Below, piece by piece: positions 40,861 through 50,332 of a stretch of 64,000 nt of DNA. Positions within the stretch are counted from its first letter, which is position 1; the number at the start of each line of letters is the position of its first letter. The notes beneath the pieces are model-generated. The model searched no databases. It saw nothing but the letters and a program-made list of their open reading frames with translations, and was not told the origin of the DNA. Made by a program: the position numbers and the translations under genes. Origin of the DNA: Anaerolineae bacterium (GTDB lineage Bacteria; Chloroflexota; Anaerolineae; UBA1429); the NCBI GenBank assembly GCA_963675785.1, contig OY776562.1, forward strand, positions 640,001 through 704,000. The letters run 5' to 3'.

Positions 40861-42420
40861 CTAGAGACCGGCGATGTCAGTCATTGTGTAAAAGATGTCG
40901 GTCTGGTCATAGTAGCCGTTAAACAAGTCAGCGCCGACGCCAATGGCGGAGGTCTGAACGGGGATGCCTGTGTGAGAGTACGAGGTCCAGGCAATGCCGG
41001 CTTTTTGGTTGAGGATGGTGGTGAGCTTCATGGTAAGAGGATCATAGCCACCGTAGAGCAAATAGGTATAGTCGTCGGCAGCACGGAGTTCTTCATCCAG
41101 CATGGATTGTTCGAAACCTGCCTGCACCTCTGCGAGTTCGAGCTCGGTCAGGGCCATTGACAATGTGGTCTCGGCGTCAGCATCACCAGCTTCAGCCTGG
41201 GCGGTTAGGCTAGCACGCTCTTCTGCAGAGATGATCTTGAGGCCAAAAGCGGCTTCGATTTCATCGGCCAAATCGTTGAGGTCAGCGTTCTCGGGTGTGT
41301 GGTTCTCTTTGTAGGCATCGAGAACGGTGCCGAACGTGTCATAGGTCGAGGTCTGGTACTGGATCTTGTCAAAGAAGGTCGAATACTGCGTGCCGGCATA
41401 ACCGATAGTCATACCGCCGGTCTCATGGTCGGCCGTGGCGATGATGAGGGTTTCATCGGGGTGTTCGAGGTAGAATTGGTAGGCGACGTTGATGGCGTCG
41501 TCGAGGGCCAGGGTATCGCCGATGGAGGCAGCAGCATCATTGGCATGGCAGGCCCAGTCGATCTTGCCGCCTTCGACTACCATGATAAAGCCAGTCTCAT
41601 TGTCGAGAACTTCAATGCCCTTGGAAACGAAATCAGCCAGCGTGAGGCTGTTCTCTTCGTTGAGTATGTCAAAAGGCATAGCCTTGTCGGCATCCAGGAC
41701 GGGGTTGATGGCCCAAACCTTTTCGTCGTCAGCCGAGATAGCATTGAACTCTTCGATGGTATCGGCAACGGTATAGCCATTCTGTTCGGCCAGTTCGATG
41801 ACGCTGGACTGGCTGCCGTCATCGCCAAATTCGCGCTTGACGCCGCCGCCCGCGAAATAGTCGAAATCGCTGTTAGCCAGGGTTAGGTCGATGTTGTAAT
41901 AGTTGCTGCGGCTGGGCTCGTGGGCGTAAAACGCAGCTGGGGTGGCGTGGTCGATAGACACCGTGGAGATGACGCCAACTTCCCAACCAGCTTTCTTGGC
42001 TATTTCCGTGATGGTTTCATAGGACTCGGTGCCGTCAGCGTTCATGCCAATGGTGCCAGAGGTTGTTTTGTACCCTGTGGCGATGGCGGTGGCAGTTGAG
42101 GCAGAGTCGGGGATGACCGAGGTGAGGTCATAGGTGGTGTTCATACCTTGTGCAGGGAAGGTGTTCATCAAAAGCTGAACGTCCTCGGGGCGTTCTACAT
42201 CGGACGTAGCCGCCAGGTAGAGCTCAGCGGCATTGCGCTGGGCAACGCCCATGCCGTCGCCAATGAACAAAAAGACATACTTGGCCTGAGCAGACGAGTC
42301 GTCGGTGACTGCTGAGGTGGACTCGGGGGTGGTCGTGGCGTCAGGTGTAGCACACCCGATCATTGCGGCAATCACAGCCAGTGTGAGTACCAGAGATAGC
42401 CAGAGATGCTTCTTCTGCAT
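40861..42420 (-). CDS. phoA: Alkaline phosphatase (PhoA family), lipoprotein
   Basis: FIGDGMG, PDSASTATA, HATPA, EGGKIDWACHAND, ADHETGG, HT; lipobox MIGC. Confidence 0.93.
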   Translation of the reverse strand: MQKKHLWLSLVLTLAVIAAMIGCATPDATTTPESTSAVTDDSSAQAKYVFLFIGDGMGVAQRNAAELYLAATSDVERPEDVQLLMNTFPAQGMNTTYDLTSVIPDSASTATAIATGYKTTSGTIGMNADGTESYETITEIAKKAGWEVGVISTVSIDHATPAAFYAHEPSRSNYYNIDLTLANSDFDYFAGGGVKREFGDDGSQSSVIELAEQNGYTVADTIEEFNAISADDEKVWAINPVLDADKAMPFDILNEENSLTLADFVSKGIEVLDNETGFIMVVEGGKIDWACHANDAAASIGDTLALDDAINVAYQFYLEHPDETLIIATADHETGGMTIGYAGTQYSTFFDKIQYQTSTYDTFGTVLDAYKENHTPENADLNDLADEIEAAFGLKIISAEERASLTAQAEAGDADAETTLSMALTELELAEVQAGFEQSMLDEELRAADDYTYLLYGGYDPLTMKLTTILNQKAGIAWTSYSHTGIPVQTSAIGVGADLFNGYYDQTDIFYTMTDIAGL

Positions 42421-42554
42421 GGTTCCCTCCAATGGAAATCAAGCGACTTTGACTAGACAAGTATCCTTGCCCTGTGTTAAGGGGAGGAAACTACAGGCTT
42501 AACTGCGGGCAATTGTTTTGTTAAGGTTTAGTTTTTGTTCAGAGGTGGTTTAGG

Positions 42555-42582
42555 AAACAAAAAACCTGCCCGGAGGGCAGGT
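42555..42582 (-). terminator. Intrinsic terminator after the small gene
   Basis: Minus strand ACCTGCCC-tcc-GGGCAGGT followed by TTTTT. Confidence 0.75.
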
Positions 42583-42610
42583 AGAGGGAGTGGTGCCTTG
42601 GTCATGCGGT

Positions 42611-42820
42611 TCAGAATGTTCTTTGTAGTGTAAGCTCAACCAATTCTCGAATGTTACTCCAGTGAACATTGGTGATGATACCATCACATGGCGCTTGAAC
42701 TGTCGCTATGCCTAGGGTTCCTAGCGGTTGTCCGGCACGTACGATCTCGGCGACATAACGATCAAAGGCCGGTCCATCGATGAGTACGTTGATGTGTTGT
42801 TCTTGCACAGTCACTTTCAA
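42611..42820 (-). CDS. Small barrel-sandwich-hybrid (lipoyl/RnfC-N-like) protein
   Basis: VRAGQPLG..VQAPCDGII; aligns with 39382-39585; followed by a terminator. Confidence 0.65.
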   Translation of the reverse strand: MKVTVQEQHINVLIDGPAFDRYVAEIVRAGQPLGTLGIATVQAPCDGIITNVHWSNIRELVELTLQRTF

Positions 42821-43148
42821 ATCGCTTTCTTTATCACTTCACCCGGGGTGTGCTCACAATATCCCAGGATTTCTACAACCATTCGCCATCGCTGTGTTCA
42901 TACCAGGAGAGAGTATTACTGGCGAATGGTGTTATGAGTGGTGCGACACGTGCGGAGTGAGGGTTGCCTATACCGGTAGCTGCAGGGGGACCGGAGAGGC
43001 TGTGGAGGATGCTGCAAGCGGATCAATGAATAATCTATTCAGTTGTCTCACTCCGCATGGTCATTCACCATCTGTAGGATAAAACACGCCTATTAAGAGA
43101 AAACGAATGGCGGGTAAACTGTTTGTTAACGACCAGGAAACAAATACC

Positions 43149-43177
43149 TTGACGATGGGCTACCCGGCGCTCATAAT
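43149..43177 (+). promoter_or_regulatory. Sigma70-type promoter of the pfkA-photolyase gene run
   Basis: TTGACG-17 nt-CATAAT. Confidence 0.65.
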
Positions 43178-43211
43178 GAAAATACAATTATATGGATGAA
43201 GGGAGCCTCTC

Positions 43212-44276
43212 ATGGGCTGTGGCCTGATCGGGATTCTGACCTCCGGGGGAGATTGCCCCGGACTGAACGCGGCGATCCGGGCTGTTGGTAAAGCCGCCCA
43301 TTCCATGGACATGGAAGTGATTGGTTTTCGTGATGGGTTCCGCGGCCTCGTGGAAAACCGCACCGTACGTCTCGATAACGCGGCGCTCTCTGGTATTCTC
43401 ACCACTGGCGGCACTTTGTTGGGTACCAGTCGAGACAAACCTCATCGCTTCCCCGTAGCTAGCAGTGGCACAATGAACATGGTGCCCGTCGCAGTCGAGA
43501 ACTATTACCGTAATCATCTGGATTGCTTGGTCTGCATGGGGGGCAATGGCACGCAAAAAAACGCTCTTCGCCTGGCCAAAGAGGGCATCAACGTTATCAC
43601 CCTTCCCAAGACTATCGACAATGATATTTGGGGCACTGATGTGAGTTTTGGTTTTGATACGGCTATGGCTGTTGGGGCTGAAGCAGTAGACCGTCTCCAT
43701 ACGACTGCAGATAGCCATCAGCGCATCATTGTGGTTGAACTGATGGGGCATAGAGCTGGTTGGTTGGCTTTGGGGGCTGGTATTGCCGGTGGCGCAGATG
43801 CAATTCTCATCCCCGAGATTCCTTATTCGATCGAGGCAGTAGCTGAGGCTATTCTGGTACGTAGCCGCCATGGCAAGCGTTTTTCCATTGTGGCCCTGGC
43901 CGAAGGCGCTCGTCCTGTAGGGTATGATGAGCATGACGACGAAGAAGAGACCAACGATTTTTGGCATGTACACAGCCTTAATTTGGTAAACAAGCTGCAG
44001 GAGATCACCAAACTGGAAGCACGGTATACAGCTTTGGGGCACCTACAGCGAGGTGGCACGCCCACGCCCAACGATCGTCTCTTGGCGACGCGTGTAGGTA
44101 CGCGTTGTGTCGAGATGATCCGCGATGGCGTGACCAATTCACTCGTTGCAGTGCGTGGTGATGACTGCATAGCCCTTCCACTCGAAGAGACTGCTGGTCA
44201 GCTCAAGGTAGTGCCAGAGGATCATCCCTGGATTGAGAGCGCCAAGCTGGTGGGCACGACCTTGGGCGAGGGCTAG
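43212..44276 (+). CDS. pfkA: 6-phosphofructokinase (group III-like)
   Basis: [39 protein letters not shown]. Confidence 0.95.
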   Translation: MGCGLIGILTSGGDCPGLNAAIRAVGKAAHSMDMEVIGFRDGFRGLVENRTVRLDNAALSGILTTGGTLLGTSRDKPHRFPVASSGTMNMVPVAVENYYRNHLDCLVCMGGNGTQKNALRLAKEGINVITLPKTIDNDIWGTDVSFGFDTAMAVGAEAVDRLHTTADSHQRIIVVELMGHRAGWLALGAGIAGGADAILIPEIPYSIEAVAEAILVRSRHGKRFSIVALAEGARPVGYDEHDDEEETNDFWHVHSLNLVNKLQEITKLEARYTALGHLQRGGTPTPNDRLLATRVGTRCVEMIRDGVTNSLVAVRGDDCIALPLEETAGQLKVVPEDHPWIESAKLVGTTLGEG

Positions 44277-44282
44277 ACCCAG

Positions 44283-45737
44283 ATGCCGGCTATCTGGTGG
44301 GCACGTCGCGATCTGCGCTTGGGAGATAATCCTGCGCTGAGTGCCGCCTTGGAAGCTGATCAACTCGTTCTTCCCTTGTTTATCATCGATCCTCAATTGA
44401 TGAATCGATATGCCACCGCTGAAAGGCGTGTGGCATTTCTTTTGCGTTGCCTAGCCAATATGGATGCCGAACTTTGTGCACGTGGCAGCCGACTATTGGT
44501 ACGTAGGGGCGAGCCTTTTCAGGTTTTACAAGAACTCGTTCGTGAGACGGGGGCTGAGCACATTTATGCCGAACACGATGTGTGGCCATATGGCAGGCAA
44601 CGTGACGCTCGCATTGCTCAAGACCTACCGCTTGATCTTGTCGATGGGGTGACACTGCTGCCTTCTGGAAGCGTGCTTAAAGATGACGGTCAGCCTTATA
44701 CGGTGTACACGCCTTATAGTCGGCGGTGGCATGAAACGCTAGAGACTAGGGGCGGTCTTGCTTCGTTGCCTTCTCGATGCTTCTTATCTCCAGAGCGCTT
44801 GCCACCCATTCCGCACGATCTTGATTCAGAATCTTTGGAGCAGGTCTTTGCTGATTTTGATGGTTTCATCCCCAGCGAGGTTGAGGCCAATAGGCGGTTG
44901 GAAGCCTGGTTTGAGGGTAACCCTGCTCCTGTGGATAATTATGATATAGAGCGTAATCGCCTCGATCTTGATCGAACTTCGACGCTTTCGCCCTATTTGC
45001 GTTGGGGTATGGTTTCGGTTCGACGTTGTTTTGCCAAGGTTGCCGAACGGTGTGCCCAGTTTGCTGGGGTATATCCAACAGGGCTCGATACCTGGGTTGC
45101 AGAGTTGGTTTGGCGAGAATTCTTCCAAGATGTGCTCTATCACTTTCCACGCGTCATCACTGAACCTTTCAAGCAAGAATATGGTGCTATTGAGTGGTTG
45201 CACTCACCCATGGAGCTGGATGCCTGGAAACACGGCATGACCGGGTATCCGGTGGTGGATGCTTGTATGCGTCAACTTTTGCATACCGGTTGGATGCACA
45301 ACCGTGGACGCATGATCGTTGCCTCTTTTTTGACCAAAGATTTGCTCATCGATTGGCACGAGGGCGAAGCTTGGTTCATGACGCAACTCTTGGATGCCGA
45401 CCCTGCTGCCAATAATGGTGGTTGGCAGTGGACTGCTGGTACTGGCACAGACGCTGCTCCTTATTTCCGCATTTTCAACCCCATCTTGCAGGGCAAAAAG
45501 TTTGATCCTGAGGGGGTTTTTGTACGTACTTGGGTGCCAGAGCTGGAGAACGTATCCACACGCTATATTCATGAACCTTGGCGTATGTCTGGTGCAGAAC
45601 AAGAGCGTGTCGGTTGCCATATTGGCAAGGATTATCCTGTGCCCATCGTCGACCACAAAATTGCACGTCAGCGCACTTTGGATGCTTATGCTGCTTCTCG
45701 CGAGCATGTTCAACAGCAAAGGGAGGTGGAATCATGA
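44283..45737 (+). CDS. phrB: Deoxyribodipyrimidine photolyase (class I/III CPD photolyase family)
   Basis: RRDLRL.DNPAL, TS.LSPYL, TGYP.VDA.MRQL..TGWMHNR.RM, NNGGWQW, FRIFNP. Confidence 0.93.
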   Translation: MPAIWWARRDLRLGDNPALSAALEADQLVLPLFIIDPQLMNRYATAERRVAFLLRCLANMDAELCARGSRLLVRRGEPFQVLQELVRETGAEHIYAEHDVWPYGRQRDARIAQDLPLDLVDGVTLLPSGSVLKDDGQPYTVYTPYSRRWHETLETRGGLASLPSRCFLSPERLPPIPHDLDSESLEQVFADFDGFIPSEVEANRRLEAWFEGNPAPVDNYDIERNRLDLDRTSTLSPYLRWGMVSVRRCFAKVAERCAQFAGVYPTGLDTWVAELVWREFFQDVLYHFPRVITEPFKQEYGAIEWLHSPMELDAWKHGMTGYPVVDACMRQLLHTGWMHNRGRMIVASFLTKDLLIDWHEGEAWFMTQLLDADPAANNGGWQWTAGTGTDAAPYFRIFNPILQGKKFDPEGVFVRTWVPELENVSTRYIHEPWRMSGAEQERVGCHIGKDYPVPIVDHKIARQRTLDAYAASREHVQQQREVES

Positions 45738-46063
45738 AGTGGATCAGAATCATTGCCTGGATCGGCTTGTTGGCTATGACGGTTGTTTTGCTGAACGGTT
45801 TTATTACCGGGGATTTTACAGGCGAGGGGAACGTGCTACTGGGTATGTCCTGGGGCATTGTCTCTCTGGTGGATCTCTATGCTGGGTTTGCTCTCTTTTC
45901 CTGCTGGGTGGCCTATCGCGAGAAAAATCTGTTGAGGGCGATTATTTGGATCATCCTGATGATGGTATTAGGCTTTTGGGCAGGGTGTTTGTACACACTG
46001 TTGGCCAGCTATCGCGCTGGCGATGACGTCAACAAGCTCTTGCTCGGCAAACATGCCAAATGA
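45734..46063 (+). CDS. DUF1475-like small membrane protein
   Basis: WG.VSLVDLYAGF..F..W..YRE; GGAGG RBS; ATGA overlap with phrB. Confidence 0.8.
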   Translation: MKWIRIIAWIGLLAMTVVLLNGFITGDFTGEGNVLLGMSWGIVSLVDLYAGFALFSCWVAYREKNLLRAIIWIILMMVLGFWAGCLYTLLASYRAGDDVNKLLLGKHAK

Positions 46064-46069
46064 CGATCC

Positions 46070-47032
46070 TTGGGTGAAAACGAAAAGGCTGGTTCTGTTA
46101 TGTGGATAGTGATAGGCATAGTGGCGCTTTTGCTGGGTGGATGGATATGGGCAGAGCATGGGCATCTGCTGTTGGATTCTACGCGCCGTATGATCAAGTT
46201 ATCTGGGTGGAAACGTTTTTGGAAAGGGACCATTCTCCACGGGTACTTTTACTCGCGCTGGCCGCGCCTCTATGTGTGGCTGGGGGGGCGCAAAGTGGCA
46301 CCCCACTTGGGGCAACGCGGCGGTCGCTGGCTAGAGAAACACTATCACGGCAAGGTGGTACCCACAGAATTGGCCAAGTCCCTCATTACGGTGAACCAGG
46401 ATGTCGACCTGCGCAGCATAGAGCATGTGATTCCCTTTCCCATAGCGCGCGATCTCGTTTTGAGCGGTCCGCCGGATATCGCCGTCATTGACTGCCCCTG
46501 CCGACTTACCAGCGAACACCCCTGTGAACCCATCCGCGTGTGCATGGTGGTGGGCCAGCCCTTTGTTGATTTTATGTTGGAGCATCATCCCAATAGTTCC
46601 GAACGACTGACCACCGAGCAGGCGTTGGAGCTACTAGAAGCTGAACATCAGCGGGGGCACATCCACACGGCCTATTTCAAGGATGCCGCTGCGGACCGTT
46701 TCTACGCCATCTGCAACTGCTGCAAGTGTTGTTGTGGTGGCATTGATGTGATGAATAAATACGGCATCAACATGATTATCCCCTCGGGCTTTGTGGCTCG
46801 GGTGGATGAGACACTTTGCTTGGGGTGTGGCACCTGCGCAGAGACCTGCGCCTTTGGGGGCATGTCGGTGATCGATGGCATTGCCGCGCTGAATTGGGAC
46901 AACTGCGTGGGCTGTGGTGCTTGCGAGGCGACCTGCCCGGCTGGGGCTATCATTTTGGCGCGCGATGAGGCCAAGGGTATTCCCCTGGATATCAACGCTC
47001 TGCTTGCTGAAAGCAAAGAACCTGCTCAATGA
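46070..47032 (+). CDS. Membrane-anchored 4Fe-4S dicluster protein
   Basis: CPCR..C..C, ICNCCKCCC, CLGCGTCAETC, CVGCGACEATCP; start may be 46100. Confidence 0.85.
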   Translation: MGENEKAGSVMWIVIGIVALLLGGWIWAEHGHLLLDSTRRMIKLSGWKRFWKGTILHGYFYSRWPRLYVWLGGRKVAPHLGQRGGRWLEKHYHGKVVPTELAKSLITVNQDVDLRSIEHVIPFPIARDLVLSGPPDIAVIDCPCRLTSEHPCEPIRVCMVVGQPFVDFMLEHHPNSSERLTTEQALELLEAEHQRGHIHTAYFKDAAADRFYAICNCCKCCCGGIDVMNKYGINMIIPSGFVARVDETLCLGCGTCAETCAFGGMSVIDGIAALNWDNCVGCGACEATCPAGAIILARDEAKGIPLDINALLAESKEPAQ

Positions 47033-47048
47033 GAGCAGGTTCTTTTTT
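47015..47048. terminator. Bidirectional terminator
   Basis: AAAGAACCTGCTC-aatga-GAGCAGGTTCTTT followed by T-run. Confidence 0.8.
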
Positions 47049-47062
47049 CCTGATTGGGGTAC

Positions 47063-48055
47063 CTAGGCCATAGTTGCTAGCATATCCAGTGTGACTTCGT
47101 AAGGATCCCCTTCGCCCTTGGCCCAATTTGCAAAAGAACTCAGGGCATAGTCGGCCATGCGTATGACCTCATCGTTCAATGAGCCAGCTATGTGCGAGGT
47201 GAGGAACACGTTGGGTAGCGTATAGAGTGGTGAACCTTCTACTGGGGGTTCGGGGAAGGTTACGTCCAGCAGGGCGATGATATCCTGGCGTTCTTTGAGC
47301 ACCCCAACCATCTCCTCCTCGACGATTTGTGCGCCGCGCCCCGTATTGATGAACACCGCATTAGGTCGCATCATCTTGAAATGCTCGCCCTTGATAGAGC
47401 CCACGGTGTGGGGGCGGTTGGCCATGTGGTTGCTCACCACATAACAGGTCTTAAAGGCCTCTTCCAAGCTGACACGACGAACACCCATGGCATCTGCTTC
47501 TTCTTTCGTCATGTGTGAGGAAACTACGCAAACATCGAGCACGAACGGTTTGAGCAGGTCAATCACCAACTGGCCGATCATGCCCACACCCACAATGGCT
47601 ATGGATTCACCATAGACGCCGGGCCCTTTGTAGGCCGTACGCCAATCATCGGGCTTGTGCAGATCCTGAATATTCTGAAAGTACCCCTTACTTGCTAACA
47701 GAATCTGTGCCACGGTGTATTCGGCAACGGGCACAGCATTGGCCGCCCAGGCGCTAAATACCTTGACGCCTTTGTTGAGAAATGGGCGGGCAAAAGCCTG
47801 AACGCTGCCAGCAGCATAAAAAACCGCCTTGAGATTGGGGAGCAGATCAACTTGCTCTTCGGTGAGTTGCGGGAATCCCCAGGTGCCAAAAGCGACATCT
47901 ACATCTTTTAGCTTGTCGACATGTTCCAAGAGGGTTTCGGAGCTGACAACGTCTGGATAAAGATCAGTGAGCGTGGCCAGATTTTCACGACGCCCTTGGG
48001 CCCAAACATAATCGACACGTTCTGTACTGTCGCCGAGGATAACGGATTTGAACAT
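47063..48055 (-). CDS. D-isomer-specific 2-hydroxyacid dehydrogenase family protein
   Basis: FYAAGSV, NAVPVAE, GVGMIG, INTGRG, LDVTFPEP, HIAGS. Confidence 0.92.
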   Translation of the reverse strand: MFKSVILGDSTERVDYVWAQGRRENLATLTDLYPDVVSSETLLEHVDKLKDVDVAFGTWGFPQLTEEQVDLLPNLKAVFYAAGSVQAFARPFLNKGVKVFSAWAANAVPVAEYTVAQILLASKGYFQNIQDLHKPDDWRTAYKGPGVYGESIAIVGVGMIGQLVIDLLKPFVLDVCVVSSHMTKEEADAMGVRRVSLEEAFKTCYVVSNHMANRPHTVGSIKGEHFKMMRPNAVFINTGRGAQIVEEEMVGVLKERQDIIALLDVTFPEPPVEGSPLYTLPNVFLTSHIAGSLNDEVIRMADYALSSFANWAKGEGDPYEVTLDMLATMA

Positions 48056-48211
48056 GTGGCAGCTCTCCTGTATGTGAATACGATGCAGTGTCTCACACTA
48101 TATCTCTAGAAGGGGCTTGGTCAAGTGTCAAAACTCGGACTCATGCCAGCGTTTTGCGTCTTTCCAAGAGCAGGATTTGCGCGTGAATAAAGAGCAACTG
48201 CTAATTCGTTC

Positions 48212-50332
48212 TTACTGGATGCCAAGTTCGTGCAAGCGTGTCAGCAGAGCAACTGATGTTAACGGAGGGTAGAGGATACGTTCTGCGGGCACATCGGGCA
48301 AGTCCCTGCTGTGGCCAGCATAGTGGAATAGTTCAAAGTCTGATCGTATTCGTCGGGCAATCTGTTCAAACCATGCAGGGTCTAGGTGACTGATGGATAC
48401 ACTGGATATGACCAGATCGAGGCGATTGGAATGATCGCGAATGATGTTTAGTGCGCTCTCCCAGTTACCTACGCCCCTGGTTACATAACCAACAGCAGAC
48501 GCAACTTCTATGAGATGCTCCAATTCTTGTAGCTGTGGGGCGATAATCAATGCTTGCGGCAGATTCCGGGTATGTGGCAGACTGTCTGGGGTACCCTCAT
48601 CTCTCATTGTGCCAAAGGTGCTTTCTGCCAGGGGGATATATAGCTCAAAACAGGCACCTCCGTTAGGCACGTTGGTGACCCGCACAGAACCCTTCATACG
48701 AGCGATAAGTCCAGACACTTCGGCCAAGCCCATGCCGGTATGAACGGAAGGGTCTTTTGTAGTGAAAAAAGGCTCAAAGATGAGCTCAAATAACTTTTCG
48801 TTGATGCCGGGCCCTGTATCCGTTATGCGTATGCATCCAGAAGCGCTATTCACATAGGGGTTAGTAGCTTGTTCATGGTTTGAGGTGATGGTGATGGTAA
48901 GAGTGCCCCCTTGTGGCATGGCCTCACGGGCGTTGACTGCGATATTGACCAGAATCTGGTGGAGTGCCGTAGGATCGGCCTGACAGATAATGGGTTTGGG
49001 AGGGGTATTTATGATAATGTTGATATCAGCGCCTAGCGGACCCCGAAGCATACTGATTGTAGACAAGGTGATGCTGATCAAATCGACAGGGTGTGGTGTC
49101 AACGATTCTGCGCGGCTAAAGGCAAGGAGCGGCGCGGCGATCTCTCTTGCCTGAGTACAGGCATTAGTAATGGCATTGATCTCGGGGTGAGCAGGGTGGT
49201 CTATCGGTAGGGCTTCTCGACAAAAATCGGCATACCCAGATATGACGGTGAGTGCATTTCGTAGATCATGTGTAGCACTGCCGGCCAACTGTCCCAGAGC
49301 CGCGAGGCGACTTGATAAGCTCAATGCCCCGATCATTTCTTGACGCAGTGATGAATCTCGGACAAAGAGGCAAGTTCCTAATTGTTCTTTATCAGTATAA
49401 AGGGTCCCTTCAGACACCCACACCGGAATACTTTTCCCATCCTCAAGAGAAAGCTGTCCATCACATATTGCCCCCGCACTAGTTCTATCCCATACAAGTA
49501 GATCAGAAATGGGACGATCGACGTTCTCCTGTGGATTGATACCTGTCAATCTCTGTGCAGCGAGATTAGTCTCTTGGATTCTCTTGTTCTCATCTAGCAG
49601 AAAGACGGCATCCGACATGTTATTGACGATAGCATCGACCGCCGATTTTGCATCGAAAAAGTTGCCCTGCATTCGCATCGCGAGAGGTACTCCCAACAAC
49701 AACGCAAGAGATAAAAGTGGGCCATTGAGATTCGGCGTAGAGCTTTTAGCTGCTGTTAGAATAAGGTGGGTTGTATTCGCGAGGATCAGGGCTATTGCAA
49801 AGGTGTAGAGTGGTAGCGCCACGCGCTTTCTTGTCCCAGGGTTCTCGATGCTAGGTATGATGTTTGCGATTTTTGCGAGAAACCACAAACCAAGCAAGAG
49901 CAGCCAGCCGTGTACGCCGTATCGAACGCCCTGCGGCATTTGTGCGAGCTGATTCCCCGCTATAGAAGCGTTTGCATCCAAAATGAGTTTGTAAACGCAT
50001 GTTCCTATCGTTAAAAGCCCCGTCGAGATCAAGATGATATATCTGTATCGTTTTCCTATCGGTTGTATGCACTGAACGATAGACAGCATTGCTACAATAG
50101 CCAAGCCCACGGCATATGGCCCGAATGACACCAGAGAAGCCAGTATGCGAGCGGTTCCAGCATCGACTAGGGCTATGCGCAGAGCAATAACAATATCCAA
50201 AAAGCCAATTCCGATACATCCCAAGGCATAAGAGAGGTGTAATCGGCTTTTGGGACGGGAACTGAGGACAAGCGCAGCACAGAATTGCACGGCGACGCCG
50301 CAGAATAGGTCAAGAACGACAAGAGCGCTCAT
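48212..50332 (-). CDS. Membrane PAS hybrid histidine kinase with a degenerate receiver
   Basis: About 7 TM, PAS, THDLRNAL, NAREAMP, DTGPG, PFFTTK, TGMGL. Confidence 0.88.
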   Translation of the reverse strand: MSALVVLDLFCGVAVQFCAALVLSSRPKSRLHLSYALGCIGIGFLDIVIALRIALVDAGTARILASLVSFGPYAVGLAIVAMLSIVQCIQPIGKRYRYIILISTGLLTIGTCVYKLILDANASIAGNQLAQMPQGVRYGVHGWLLLLGLWFLAKIANIIPSIENPGTRKRVALPLYTFAIALILANTTHLILTAAKSSTPNLNGPLLSLALLLGVPLAMRMQGNFFDAKSAVDAIVNNMSDAVFLLDENKRIQETNLAAQRLTGINPQENVDRPISDLLVWDRTSAGAICDGQLSLEDGKSIPVWVSEGTLYTDKEQLGTCLFVRDSSLRQEMIGALSLSSRLAALGQLAGSATHDLRNALTVISGYADFCREALPIDHPAHPEINAITNACTQAREIAAPLLAFSRAESLTPHPVDLISITLSTISMLRGPLGADINIIINTPPKPIICQADPTALHQILVNIAVNAREAMPQGGTLTITITSNHEQATNPYVNSASGCIRITDTGPGINEKLFELIFEPFFTTKDPSVHTGMGLAEVSGLIARMKGSVRVTNVPNGGACFELYIPLAESTFGTMRDEGTPDSLPHTRNLPQALIIAPQLQELEHLIEVASAVGYVTRGVGNWESALNIIRDHSNRLDLVISSVSISHLDPAWFEQIARRIRSDFELFHYAGHSRDLPDVPAERILYPPLTSVALLTRLHELGIQ

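Noticed and set aside
42975-43000. GGGGGACC resembling the ydaO (c-di-AMP) riboswitch
   Set aside because: The flanking GCTGAATCC and GTCAGCTAA elements are missing
43530-43625. Pfk might be PPi-dependent because of PKTIDND
   Set aside because: The GGNG motif has Gly rather than the Asp of PPi enzymes; the Gly/Lys combination is known in ATP-dependent group III enzymes, so it is not novel
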